Source: Eledone cirrhosa (lineage: Eukaryota). Taken from it: a stretch of DNA of 64,000 nucleotides. The position numbers were made by a program, and so were the translations under genes. Of this stretch, positions 39,378 to 52,550 are shown piece after piece (the first letter of the stretch is position 1; every line of letters begins with the position of its first letter). The notes beneath the pieces were generated by a model. That model searched no databases. It saw only the letters and a program-made list of their open reading frames with translations, and was not told the origin of the DNA. Location: assembly GCA_964016885.1 (NCBI GenBank), contig OZ024751.1, positions 32,054,001 through 32,118,000 of the forward strand, read 5' to 3'.

Positions 39378-39845
39378 CCGAATTAGTGTGGTATAGACAA
39401 GTACATATGTTGTTGAGGTGTATAATTTTGTCAATATTCTGATATGCCCAGTTCCTGGTTGGGTTGTTATTTCACTGAGGAACTGGAATCATATGAATTC
39501 AAACAAACGAATTTCAGTGTCAAAGGGCCTCTTCTCCTCTCATTGGTCAGTTGTTAGAACATTCCTCATTCTAAGTGTTGTTATTGTTGGAGTTAGCTTT
39601 AAAAATTGATAAAGTGGTAGAAGGGACAAGGTGTTAAAGGAACAAAATAACAAAAAAGTGTCAAACTTCCCATTGGTCAGTTCTGAGAGCATTCCTCAGA
39701 AGTCTATAGAATTCTTTCTGGGGTGAGGCTCCCTGTAGTGTTTGTGTTTGATATGCACAGATATAATACTGCCTGAGATAAAAACATACACAGATACAAC
39801 TATAAATGCCCCATTTCAAACACAAACACTCCAGTTGATTTCATC

Positions 39846-39885
<40 letters not shown>

Positions 39886-39919
39886 TATAACGTTTTTTGA
39901 AATATCCACTTCTGCGTTT

Positions 39920-39994
39920 ACAGATTGACTTTTTAGTTTCAGAAGATCCCGTTAAGGGTGAAAGCAGCGATTCTTTGCTTAAACTTTAATCTGT
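39920..39994 (+). ncRNA. HHR fold with CAGAAGA core (copy 2)
   Basis: acagatt..agttt-CAGAAGA-tccc gttaa gggt-GAAA-gcagcgattctttgc-TT-aaact..aatctgt. Confidence 0.62.
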
Positions 39995-40000
39995 TATTTT

Positions 40001-40874
<874 letters not shown>

Positions 40875-41222
40875 CACTCAGAAATGCAATACACACTCTC
40901 TCGCTCTCTCACATACTCAGAGAGTGTGTGTATAAATAGGCCATGTAGGGGAGGTGGCTTTATCAAGAATAACTCCACTTCAACTCCACGCCATCGAATT
41001 TCATGTATAGTAAAATAATGAATCCAGGTGTAATCTGGGTTAAGTCCAGCGTTGGTGTGGTAATTGATATCAAGTGAAGACAAGCAAAAAAATAAAAAAT
41101 AAAAAGAAGGTATATGGATAGAGACAAAGGGTTGTATGAGGTGGAGGTATGTGTATGCAGAGCCTGCCTGAATATACGACCAGAAAAGGTATAGGGATGT
41201 ACAGTGTATGTATGGTTGTGTG

Positions 41223-41494
41223 CAGGAGCCTCGTTTACCTTAAAAATGTGAGGGGGACAAACTAACATTTGTTGGTTCTTAAAGGAGCATAAATTGCTTT
41301 TGGTGCCTTTCCCGGACCCTATCACATAAGTAAAATGTTACGCTAATTAAATTTTATATATTATAATGAAGTTCAGACATAAAAAAATAAGCTTAAAAAG
41401 AATTTATTATATCAAATAAACAAAAAATAAAACATAGACGTTTGAAAAAGTGAGGGGGACTTGTCCTCTGGTACCGCCTGAAACAAGGCCCTTG
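41223..41494. mobile_element. hAT-like MITE
   Basis: Imperfect TIRs caggagcctcgttt / aaacaaggcccttg; 8-bp TSD gttgtgtg / ggtgtgtg; subterminal gtgagggggac repeated. Confidence 0.6.
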
Positions 41495-43093
41495 GGTGTG
41501 TGGATGGAGTTTGTTTAAAGGAATGCAGGCCGATTGTTAATACCAAGCAGGACAAGTTGTGTTTAAACTGAAGGCCGGATGTTGTTGAAGATGGCGTCAG
41601 GAAACGTCAGTATCATGGATTTATAGACCCGATCAATTGAAGTGGTGTGCTACAGACCTGAATGACCCACTATAGTTGTGTATGACACTTAGCAAATAGA
41701 ATAACCTGGTCAACAGTGGTGTTCTACACAGTTGGTCTGGTATTATTGTGAAGAACGGTCAACAAATATTTCCGATATAGTTATCATTTCCATCCCATCT
41801 GCCACCTTTCTAGACATCTTTGACCAACAACCAAAGAGAGTTTATAGTCATAATTGGTCACTAACGTCTTCATTGGTAAGAAACTCTCAGGAGAGCTGGG
41901 CACAGAATGTCTTCAGAGAAGAAACCCCTCTCAAACGAGTGTTTCGGCCATGATTCAGGAAAAAAAACATCAGTTTTTTTCCAATCTTTAGTAAGTTTTT
42001 GTTTCATTCGCCTGATATATAATTTTGTGTGATTCATGTGATTGTCAGTCGAAAGTGGCACATGATCTCCTGATCACTTAGTCACTCGGTCACCTGGTCA
42101 ACCGGTCATCTGGTCACCCGGTCAGCCGGTCACCTGGTAGAATATTTCTACTGTACAAAGGATTCTAGATTTTTACTTATCAAGCAAACCTTCACCAACA
42201 TGAACAACTACCACAACCACAACAACTACACCAGCACAACCAAAACCACCACCACCACCACTGCCGCCGTCGCCACCGTCTTCGCCGTCCTCTCTACCAC
42301 AACAACCACAACTATAACAACACCACAAAAATAACAAGAACAACAACACCTTATCTATGTAAACAAACATTATTTGAATTCTTTTGTATTTTAGTTTCCT
42401 CTCCTATCGTATCGTTTCACATTTTTCAACATTTCCAGGGAAATATTCTCAGTTTTATCCTAAATATTTATGTGGTATAAAGATTAAGATAGGAGGTAGA
42501 TGATAGGAGAAGGAGAAGGAAGAGGAGCAGGTGGTGAACAAGGAGGAGGTGGTGAAGGAGGAGGCAGTGAAAAAGGAGAGAGAGGAAGTATAGGGGGTGG
42601 TAAAGAAGGAGGTAAAGAAGAAGAAGAAGAAGGCAAAACAATAAAGAGACACGAGAAGGGAAACAAGAAAAAGAAAAGAAAAAATAGGAAAGAAAAGGGA
42701 AAGGAAGACGACAAAGAAGGGAAGAGAGAAAAAAATAGGGTCCAGAAGAAGAGAAAGGACCATTCTTCAGATGACAATTGTTTAACATTGTTAACAACCC
42801 CACTGTACGATACCTCCTTCTCCTCCTCCAGCCCGTCCAACACCACCACCACCACCACCACCATCACCTCCAGCCCCTCCTCCTGCTCCATCACCTCCCC
42901 CTCCACTATCTCACTGGCCATCACAGATACCGCTTACATACCTCACCGCTATAGTCACTTCCAATATCTTTCATATCTTGCCATCCCTCACATGAAGTAC
43001 TGGAGGTGTCAGTGTGAGAGATGGGAAGAGATGACTTTCAACACATTCCCGACAAATGTTCAACAAACAATAAATAAGTGGACTGCCAAAATT

Positions 43094-43169
<76 letters not shown>

Positions 43170-44084
43170 GTATATCTATGTATATATGTATATCTATGTA
43201 TATATGTATATATATGTATATATGATCAACACTTATGTGTTTTTACTGTAAATTGTATATATGTATTTATATTTGTACATATGTATTTATATATGTATTT
43301 GTATATATATATTTATTTATATATAAATATAATATATATATGGAGAGAGAGAGAGAGAGAGAGATTAGCAGATAGATAGATAGATATATGGATGGATATA
43401 GTGATGGAAGTATAGCTAGATAGATAGAAGATAAATAGATGCACACTCATACACAGGGAGGGGTAGAAGAAAGTACGTGTATAATTCGAAAGAAATTTCG
43501 GGAGCAGACCAAGTCATCACTTACAGAAGCTCTATATTTAGCTCGAATGTCATTTTATTTCAATAGTCCCTACCCGACTCTCGCCTCCTCGGCACATTAA
43601 TTGAGATACAAAGAATCAAATTTCGTTAGGTTTAGAGTTGGTTCAAAATTCAATGTGAACACCTTGCAGTAACTTATGTCAGAAATCGTCCTTACCATCT
43701 CTATCAACTGACACCAACTAATAATCTGTATATTTATATTTGTGTGTAATTAGTATATCTTAGTTGTGTGTTTATTTCACTATTTTACTGTTCTGTCTGA
43801 ATACAGCTTCCGTCCTTAATCATCTAATTTTGTGGGGGAATTCTGTAGAGTATGGATGTATTGTTTACTAATGTTTTCTTAGCCAAGTTTTGTTTTATGT
43901 TGTATGGTATGGTGCATTACAATTTCACCTTATTACATGATTACACGATGAAGTGGTGAGGGGAGAGTATTCTACATGTATAGAGCGAGTTGTGAAGTTT
44001 ACCACTTTCTCGTTTGCAATAAAATTTCTAAACCACATTGCTCATGTGTAGCTTGATTGAAAGTTTGCATAGTTGTAGTTTGTT

Positions 44085-44335
44085 AGGTGCGATCATAATG
44101 TCGTGGGTTTGATTCCTGGACTGGGTTGTGTGTTGTGTTTCGGGGCAAAACACTTCATTTCACATTGCTCCAGTATACTCAGCTGAAAAGGAGTACCAAT
44201 AATAGCTGAGGGTTTAACCCTGCGATGGACTATCGTCCTATCCAGGGGGTGTCATGTACTCTCAGTCGCTTAACGTCACGGAAACCAGGATACGCACTGG
44301 CCTGATGAGCCTCTAGGTTCAAGAAGACTTTAGAC
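44085..44335 (+). mobile_element. tRNA-derived SINE (family 2-type head, different body)
   Basis: B-box GGTTTGATTCC, gggcaaaacacttcatttcacattgctcc, ccctgcgatggactatcgtcctatccagggg. Confidence 0.7.
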
Positions 44336-44421
44336 TACAAGAGTTTGTTATTGATAAGAAGGTTTACAAGTTTAGTGTGTTTTCTTTTTGTTTTAGTGTA
44401 TTATTAGTGTTACTTCAGGCA

Positions 44422-44570
44422 AGTAATTGGCAGAGTCGTGGGATATAATACTTTACAATATTCGTTTTGGCTCTCTGTCCCCTCAGTTCAAATCCTGTCG
44501 AGGTAAACTTTGCCTTTCATCCATTCGAGGTCGATAAACAAAGTAGCAGTCAAGTACTGGAGTCGATTCT
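44422..44570 (+). mobile_element. SINE family 1, diverged
   Basis: ttggcagagtcg..cagttcaaatcc..tttgcctttcatccattcgaggtcgataaa. Confidence 0.75.
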
Positions 44571-45865
44571 TCCTCTATATCTCTTTCTCACTTCCATTCT
44601 CCCACAAGGGATATACTGTGTGCTATGGTGTTAATTATGGATTGAGGGTGATTAGAGTTATAATCAATTTTCTGATGATCTGATCGAGCTAACATCATAT
44701 TTGAAATTGAGTGGCACTGCTTCTAGTGTTCAGCAATTTTTAGACAACTTAATCAGAGAAACAATTGTTAGACTGTAAATAAATCCCCTTTTTTGTACTG
44801 TTGACCATGTTATTCTTCACTTTTTCACTTTTTCAATTTGACACACACACACACACACATATATATGTCTGTACTAACCAGAACAATAACAGACCAGACA
44901 TCTAAAGTTCTGACTCAGTTCACCATAATCTAACAATATCTAGTCTACTTGTTAACAACTCTTCCACAGATAGATTAGTAAGTCACGGCTTCGATTCTTC
45001 ATTTAGTATGGGAGCAGGGTGGGATGGGGTGGGGTGAAGTCGGGTGGGGAATTGAAGCAGAAATAATCGACCCTCTCCCAATTACCATTTACTATCATAC
45101 ACATCATATCGTCTTCTAATTCCCATGCACACACACACACTCCCTCTCTCTCTCACACACACATTCTCCCCCTCTCTTTCAAACACTATTCCCCTCTCTC
45201 TCTCTCACATACACACACACACTCTCTCTCTCGCCGACACACACAAACACATATAGTGTTTCTTTAATAAACAGAAATGGCGAGATAAACATCATTTCCA
45301 CAAAGAAGCAATGACACCTATTTTGAAAATAACAAATAAAATAGAAAATAGAAAATAAACGGAACGAAGAAAGAAAATAAATAAATAAATAAACAAACAA
45401 AGAAATGAAGATATAAACAAATAAATAAAGAAATAAAGAAATAAAGAAAGAGATGGACACTACGAAATAAAGAAAGAAAGAAATGATAGAAAAAAAAACA
45501 TAGATACAGAGAGAAAGTAAGAAAAATAAGCATTCATGTTGGAACCTTTAACTGGAGTTAGAATAATACTAAATGGTGGTGATGGTGGTAGTGGCGTTGG
45601 TAGTGGTGATAGTGGTGGTAGTGGCGTTGGTAGTGGTGGTAGTGGCGTTAGTAGTGGTGGTGATGGTAGTGGCGTTGATAGTGGTGGTTGTGGTGGTGGT
45701 GTGAAAACAGATGATACAACAATAACAACAATGATAACAGCAAGGGGGCTAAACTTTGCGGTCAAAAGATGGCGAAACTACGATTATTTCTCAAATAACG
45801 AGTGTCAAATTTCTCAGATGTCATCTAAACAATGTTATTTAAGTTGTTTTTTCCCTCCTTTTTAG

Positions 45866-45909
45866 AGATTGCCATGGTTGGAGATATCAAATGCTTCAGT
45901 GACCAAACG
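45866..45909 (+). other. Candidate 44-bp exon
   Basis: Pyrimidine tract ttttttccctcctttttAG and donor CG|GTAAGA. Two open frames (RLPWLEISNASVTK; IAMVGDIKCFSDQT, with GCCATGG). Confidence 0.45.
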
Positions 45910-46019
45910 GTAAGAAAATAAGATAATATAATAAAGCAAAGATATATAAAATAAATAAATATTAAAAAAAACTAGTGATATAAGATTGCCACTCTAAATA
46001 TACACAAAAACGGCCTCAG

Positions 46020-46122
<103 letters not shown>

Positions 46123-46139
46123 GTAGGCAATACAATGGA

Positions 46140-47520
46140 CATACGCTGTTTCGATCCCTACCGATGGTGGTTTTGGTTCATCTGGGGTCACAGTGTCTGA
46201 TTTAAAAAAAAAAATGGAGTCGCTTGGGGCAGCTGTTGATGCCTTTCTCCTCCTTTCACGGGCCTCAGTGACCTCTGCCCGTCTCTTCTCTTCAAAAGAG
46301 TCTTTGGCGCATCTGGTAAGGGCTCGCCACTCGGTCCTGTCCCAATCATGGGACTCGAGTTGTTTTGGGACGATTCCAGTATGAGGCCGTTAGAGTTCAG
46401 CTTCCCTGTGCCGTGAGGTCCCAGCACGCCTCTCCAGTTGCTGCTGTCAGACCCGACTCTTGCGTTGAAGTCAACCAGTAGGATGAGTTTATCGCTTGGG
46501 AGGATGCCCTTCACGAGTGCGTTGAGTTCCCCGTAGAAAACGTCCTTTGCTTCATCGCGCTGATGACTGTGACATGCCGAGATGGGTTGAGGGGGAAGCG
46601 GAGCTTCATCAGCCGCTCACTCACAGGTGTTGGGAGGTCTGGTAGCTACTTGCAGAGCGAAGTCCTGGTGACCAGGCCTACCCCGTGGATTCTGTCCTCG
46701 TCCTTTGTATTGCCCTTCGAGAAGAAGGTGTAGCCTCCTTTCGGTTCTGCTACTGATCCTTCTTCGGCGAGTCTAGTCTCGCTGAGTGTAGCTATGTCTA
46801 TTAGGTAGCGAGCTAATTCCCTCGCTATGAGGGCAGTTCTTCTCTCTGGCCTCAAGGAGGTTTCCCTATCCATGAGGGTGCGCACATTCCAAGCGCCAAG
46901 AAGTTCTTCTTTCTATTATGTTGGTTTCGACCGCTTGGAAGGGTAAAATCGCCAGCCACGGTAGACTGGCCGGCTTTGTGTGGGACGAGCATTTGGATAG
47001 AGCTCCTTTTATCGCCCCTCCCCTAGTGCGAGGGTGAGCAGTGCTCCCCTGAAAAGAGCTGCTCAGTAGCCCGGTGGAACGCCTGATCTCCTCTGTCATC
47101 CCAGAGTCAGGAGGAGAATGACTTGCGCATCCATGCCGCCCACGTGTGGGTTTGAGACTGGCAACTCCCAGAGGTTACCTCCACCTGTTACCTCCGCCTC
47201 TCGCCCATCACCGCAGGGCTTTGGGAGTGCACGCTAAAGACGAAACATGTGCGGGGAAAGGTTTATAGTGGGAGGGCCAGTGCACAGTGACGGTCCCACT
47301 CACTCGGCCGCAGAAGCCAGAATCCGGTGGTACGGAGGACCGTCACGACCAGGGACTTCCTTGGCTGCAGTGGATGGCCACGACGTCTGTAATGCTACAG
47401 CTTCTTGGGGCCACAGGCGAGAGCTGAGTGTAAGGTGGGACTCAATGCAGGACGAACTGTCCTGAAAAGGGCATGGCTACCCCCTCCCCTCCCCCTATAC
47501 AGAGGTACATGCCCCTCCCT
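46140..47520 (-). mobile_element. Internally deleted RTE LINE: 5' UTR + AP endonuclease N-half fused to the 3' end
   Basis: LGAWNVRTLMDR..PERRTALIARELARYLIDIATLSETRLAEEG..GYTFF, GVG, DKLILLVDFNARVG and NSNGL are joined at ~46378 to GIVPKQLE..DRTEWRA..FEEKRR (C-terminus). Confidence 0.85.
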
Positions 47521-47789
47521 GACACCCCAGGCATATATACATACATATGTACATGTGTATATACATATTTACACATTTTTGGATGGCCGTTGACTCTTAT
47601 TAGTTCTTTCGCCCTTTGTCAGGTTTTGTTTTTTGTCCTGCAGGGTGTCCAAAATCACCCTCCTCACCAAGTAAACTTGGTGGGGTTGCCAGTTTAGTCA
47701 CCGACGACCCAACCATGCGACAGGTTGTACTGGTTTATATGTTACCAGTAGTACTCAAGAGTGACCTGACATATATATATATATGTATA

Positions 47790-47990
47790 TGGAAAGTTAT
47801 ATTTAAATTGTTGGGTTAACAACGAGTAAATATTTATAACTGATATAAAAGCACTCAACAAGTATTTGGAGTATATTTATGTATTTTGTCTGATGAAGGC
47901 ATAACATATTGATAATATGATATCCCTGAAATATATATAATGAAATAAATATGGTTTTATAAATATAGTTTCCATTTATTTAATATCATA
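47790..47990 (-). mobile_element. PLE family B: tail (minus) + inverted pLTR with intact HHR (plus, 47882-47947)
   Basis: 47795-47873 is the reverse complement of tail 30236-30315. HHR reads tattttgt-CTGATGA-aggcataacatatt gat aatatgatatccct-GAAA-TATATA-TA-atgaaata. Confidence 0.8.
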
Positions 47991-48282
47991 TATATATGTA
48001 TATATATATATATGACGTATTATCTTCGTTCTTTTCGTTCATTGCCAGAGAATGCCAGAGAATGTTTCTATGAACCACCTAAGAGAACATTAGTCTACGA
48101 CTTCTTTTATAGCATAAACGTGGTTCTGTCTTTGCGCGTAATTGTTTTTCACCGCTCCTATTAATGACGTATTATATTCGTTTTTTCCCGTTCTTTGCCA
48201 GGGAACGTTTGCACGAACCAAAATATCGTCTTCCTGTCTTCCTCCGGTTGCAACGTTTTTTGAAATATCCAGTTCTGCGTTT

Positions 48283-48358
48283 ACAGATTGACTTTGTTAG
48301 TTTCAGAAGATCGCGTTAAGTGTGAAAGCAGCGATTCTTTGCTTAAACTTTAATCTGT
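48283..48358 (+). ncRNA. HHR fold with CAGAAGA core (copy 3; repeat body extends back to ~48012)
   Basis: As 39920-39994, but stem II is cgc/gtg instead of ccc/ggg. Confidence 0.6.
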
Positions 48359-48439
48359 TATTTTAAACTTTAATCTGTGTGTAACACTTCATTTTTGAAT
48401 TTGTTTTGCAAGATTTCTTATCTGAAAACGTGTGTTGAA

Positions 48440-48470
<31 letters not shown>

Positions 48471-49929
48471 GGCACACAAACAAACAGACCCCCACCTATT
48501 ACGGATACACGTATAAAAAGGGCCCACTGCGCACATACACACAAATTCCAATCCACACACAAACATACATGCACACACATACACACTCATACACAAAAGC
48601 CCCATGTCACACATGTCCAATTGCAGGCATACAAATATGTCTCTAATATACACACAAACATACACACACACACGCACACGCACACGCACACACACACACA
48701 CACACGCACACGCACACACGCGCGCGCGCGCACACACACACATATATCCCCAATACATACACTTACACACAAATCTCTCCAACACACACACGCACACGCC
48801 AATCTCGCTAATACATACACACCCTCCACATCTCTTCTCTCTTCATTCTCCTCCCACTCTTCCACATTATTCCCCCCACGCCACCTCCCCTCACACCCAC
48901 ACCCCTCACACACAGCCTTCCTCTTCTATGTTGACCTCCTCACCGAAAGGAGTTTCGTGTGAACACAATATATTCTGTTATGGATCTTAGTGTCTGAGAG
49001 GAGGGAGGATCTAAGGAAGAGCGGAGGGGGGGGGGGGGGGGGGCTCTTCTCTTCGTCACAGAGCATAGTGGTGACGGTGGTTGTTGTGGTGGTGATAGTG
49101 GAAAAGATATTGGGGGGGGGGGGGGTATTAGTGGTAGTGGTAGTGGTGATTATAGTGGAGGTGATAGTGGTGGTGGTAGTGGCGGTGGTATTGGTGGTAG
49201 TGATGGTGATAGTGGAAGTGATATTGGTGGTGGTGGTATTAGTGGTAGTGATGGTGGTAGTTGAGCTGGTAGTGGTGGTGGTGGTATTCGTGGTGATAGT
49301 GGTGGCGATATTGGTGGAGATAGTGGTGGTGATAATGGTAGTGATGGATGTTATTGTTGTTGTTGTGCTGATGATGGTGGTGATAATGGTAGTGATGGTT
49401 GTAGTGGTGGTGATGGTGGTGGTGGTGATGGTTGCTATTGTATTGCTGATGATGGTGATGATGATGTTAGAGGTGGTAGTGTAGAAGCTGCTAGTGGTGT
49501 TGGGTGGCGGTGAAAGGGTTATAGAAAGGGTAGGTTAAGAAATGTTATGTCAATAGAAGTTATGGTGCTACTACACACTATAGGGTTGTGGTGGAGGGGA
49601 TAATACTGGGGCTGATGGAAATGTCCATTAAATTTGTGATTAAAGTAGTTTTACTATATGTTGGTGATGATGATGATGGTGAAGGTAATGTTGATGGTGA
49701 TGGTGGTGGTGGTAGTGGTGGTGATGGTGGAGGTGGAGATGGAGGTTGATGTTCGTGGTGGTGGAGGTGATATTTATGGTCGTAGTGAGGATCAGTGGTC
49801 ATGGTGATGTTGGTGGTGATGAATATGATGTTGTTGATGATAATGGTGGTGGTGGTGGTAGTGTGTGTGTGTGTGTGGGGGGGGGGGGGGGGTTGTAATG
49901 AAGACAGTGGCGGTGTTGGTGATGTGATA

Positions 49930-50043
49930 ATAATAAGTGTTTCTACTTTTGGCACAAGGCCAGCAAATACCCAGTGCATTACTGGTACTTTATTTTATCG
50001 ACCCCGTAAGGATGAAAGGCAAAGTTAACCTCGGCGGAATTTG
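49930..50043 (-). mobile_element. SINE family 1, 3' part
   Basis: Core and tail match 33200-33310. Confidence 0.8.
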
Positions 50044-50781
50044 TTAGTGTAATGATGACGTTGGTCATGATTGTTGGTAAACCCCCCCCCACACACACAC
50101 ACACACTAATACAATGAAGGAGCAGACGACAGGACACAGTTAACAAAATGTAAAAAAGAAATATAAAAAAAAAAAAAAACAGGCGGTGAACAAACTATGA
50201 GAACAAAAGCGTAAAGAAAGTTTGTGCGATAGAAATACTGACGCTGAATGGACAAGGCAGAAAATGATCTGAGGTTTCGGGTAAAAATCTTTATCGAAGT
50301 AGAGTAAAAGAAGCAAAGGATAAGGATGAAAAAAGAAAAGTGTTAGAACGATACCGAGTGGAGTTATGAGAAAGAAGAGAGCGAGAGAAAGAGAAAAAGA
50401 GAGCGAGATAGTGAGAGAAAGAAAGGGAATGGTAGTATAAAGTGGTAAGGTGAGGGATAGAGTGTGGGTGAGTAGATTTATGTGAACGTATGTATATGTG
50501 TGTGGGTGTATGCTAGCACTGTCACATCATTGGACACTGTATCATTGAATCCGTCAATAACATATGGTATGTATAATGTTTATGAAGGTCTGTCATCTGC
50601 GGTGAATAAAAATAAACAACAAAGCCTGCCCCTCACCCCTGTGACTCTTCCCCTCCCCTTCTCATTTGTGCCTCTCCCCACCCTCCAACATCCCAATATT
50701 TATCAATATTTCACTGTTTATACACCACTTCAACATCTACCTTCACTTCACACCTCTGTTTTTATTTCCTCACATCTTACA

Positions 50782-50930
50782 GGGTCGGATGCCATGCTTT
50801 GCAGCATAGAGTTACGGCCCTTTACGGTCAGAGTTCAAATCCCGCCGAGGTTATCTTTGCCTTTCATCCTTACGGGGTCGATAAAATAAAGCACCAGTAA
50901 TGTACTGAGATAATTGCTGTAGAAAACAAT
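50782..50930 (+). mobile_element. SINE family 1
   Basis: gggtcggatgccatgctttg..gagttcaaatcccgccgagg..ggtcgataaaataaa. Confidence 0.82.
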
Positions 50931-51004
50931 TATATAGATCTATGATCAAAAGCGCTCCAGCCATGATCATCTCGTCTTTTCTTCAAACATCGTATATTTA
51001 ATAC

Positions 51005-51347
51005 CAGTGCTTCTCAAACTATCTGATGTGGCGGACCGGCATTTTTTTTTTCAATGTGCCACGTACCGCTAATATTTCGTAGTAATATTAATTTATACCG
51101 GAAACGATATATATATAATGAATATAATAAAAGTTGACCATTTCTTTATCTTCTATTTATTTCGTAAACAAATAATACAATATCAAAACATATAAAAAGG
51201 TAATAAAAAAAAAATAATAAGCAGTTTATTAACACAAAAATAAAAATTATATAACCTTAATCTTTACTAGTGTGAAAGGCCGCGTACCGGTAGCTGATGG
51301 CTCGCGTACCGGCACCGGTCCGCGGACCACCACTTTGAGTAGTACTG
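51005..51347. mobile_element. hAT (Charlie-like) MITE
   Basis: TIRs CAGTGCTTCTCAAA / TTTGAGTAGTACTG; 8-bp TSD tttaatac / cttaatac; subterminal gcggacc motifs. Confidence 0.8.
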
Positions 51348-52054
51348 CTTAATACTACTTCATTCAATATAACATTAGATACAAGATCCTTTAAGACTGT
51401 AGCTGCTATGTCTAACAGGTCAGGTGTCCCTGTAGAAGTCTCCAATGATGGTATTGTTGCTGGTATTGGTAAGGTTGATAGTAATGGTGATGATAATGGT
51501 GTTGTGGTATTGTTGTAAACAGTAATTATTGTGGGACCAATGTATAAGTAAGCTGGCAGTTAATTATTTTACACTACACATACAAGTGTTGATATATTAC
51601 ACACGCACACACACACAAACACACACACGCACGCACAGACACACACACACACACACACACGCACGCACACACACACACGCACGCACACACAAACACACAC
51701 ATATATATATACACAGGCAATCATACACACACACACACACACGAGGAGTATTGGTGAGGAAATTAACATTCACATTCACACCTAGATATGTGTGTATGTG
51801 TGTAACCGAGGTGAATGTGTGTCCGTGTATGTATGTATGTGCATGAGTCTGTGTGCATGTATGTGTATATGTGTCTGTATGTGTATGTGTGTGAGTATGT
51901 ACGTGTGTGTATGTACGTATGGGTGTGTATGTATGTGTGTATGTGTATGTATGTGGTGTATTTGTGTGTATGTACGTATGGGTGTGTATATATGTGTGCA
52001 TGTGTATGTATGTGTATGTGTTTGTGTATATTTGTGTGTGTGTATGTGTGTATA

Positions 52055-52095
<41 letters not shown>

Positions 52096-52489
52096 CAGAG
52101 ATCAGTGCCAGGCAGCTGGATATCAACGGTGAGGTGTAGGCGGAGGCAAAGAAAATAATTGAACTCTTCATAAAAAGGTTATGTTTTGTTTTATACCCTT
52201 TGTTGTTAACAGGGAATAGTATATATATATATATATATATATTAGATTTACATATACATACATATATCTATATGTATATATATATATATGTATATACAGT
52301 GTATATATATATATATATAGTGTCGTGTTTCAGGTTGAGGAGGGGTCGGCTGGCGTTTAAAAAAAAAAAAAGGAAAAAAAGAAGGGGAAGTCGTTTTTAG
52401 CCATCGGGCATTAACACTGGCTTAAGGTATTTGAAAGTTGCAATATCAATGATATTAATAAATGGAAACTATATTTATATAACCATATT

Positions 52490-52550
52490 TATTCTATTAT
52501 ATATATTTCAAGGGTACCAAAACTTTGGTACGCACTCATCAGATAAAATA
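52490..52550 (-). ncRNA. Minimal HHR, PLE family B (pLTR ~52452-52605)
   Basis: tattttat-CTGATGA-gtgcgtaccaaa gt tttggtaccctt-GAAA-TATATA-TA-atagaata. Confidence 0.75.

Noticed and set aside
42500-43225. 241-aa G/E/K- then S/T-rich ORF
   Set aside because: Built from purine-rich and (ACC)n low-complexity tracts running into (TA)n; no domain or splice support.
43696-43725. 30-bp minus-strand micro-exon
   Set aside because: Good donor (G|GTAAGG) but no polypyrimidine tract at the acceptor.
44302-44330. CTGATGAG in a SINE tail as a hammerhead
   Set aside because: No GAAA, stem III or stem I partner.
48990-49484. Val-rich transmembrane-looking ORF
   Set aside because: (GTG)n/(GTA)n low complexity.
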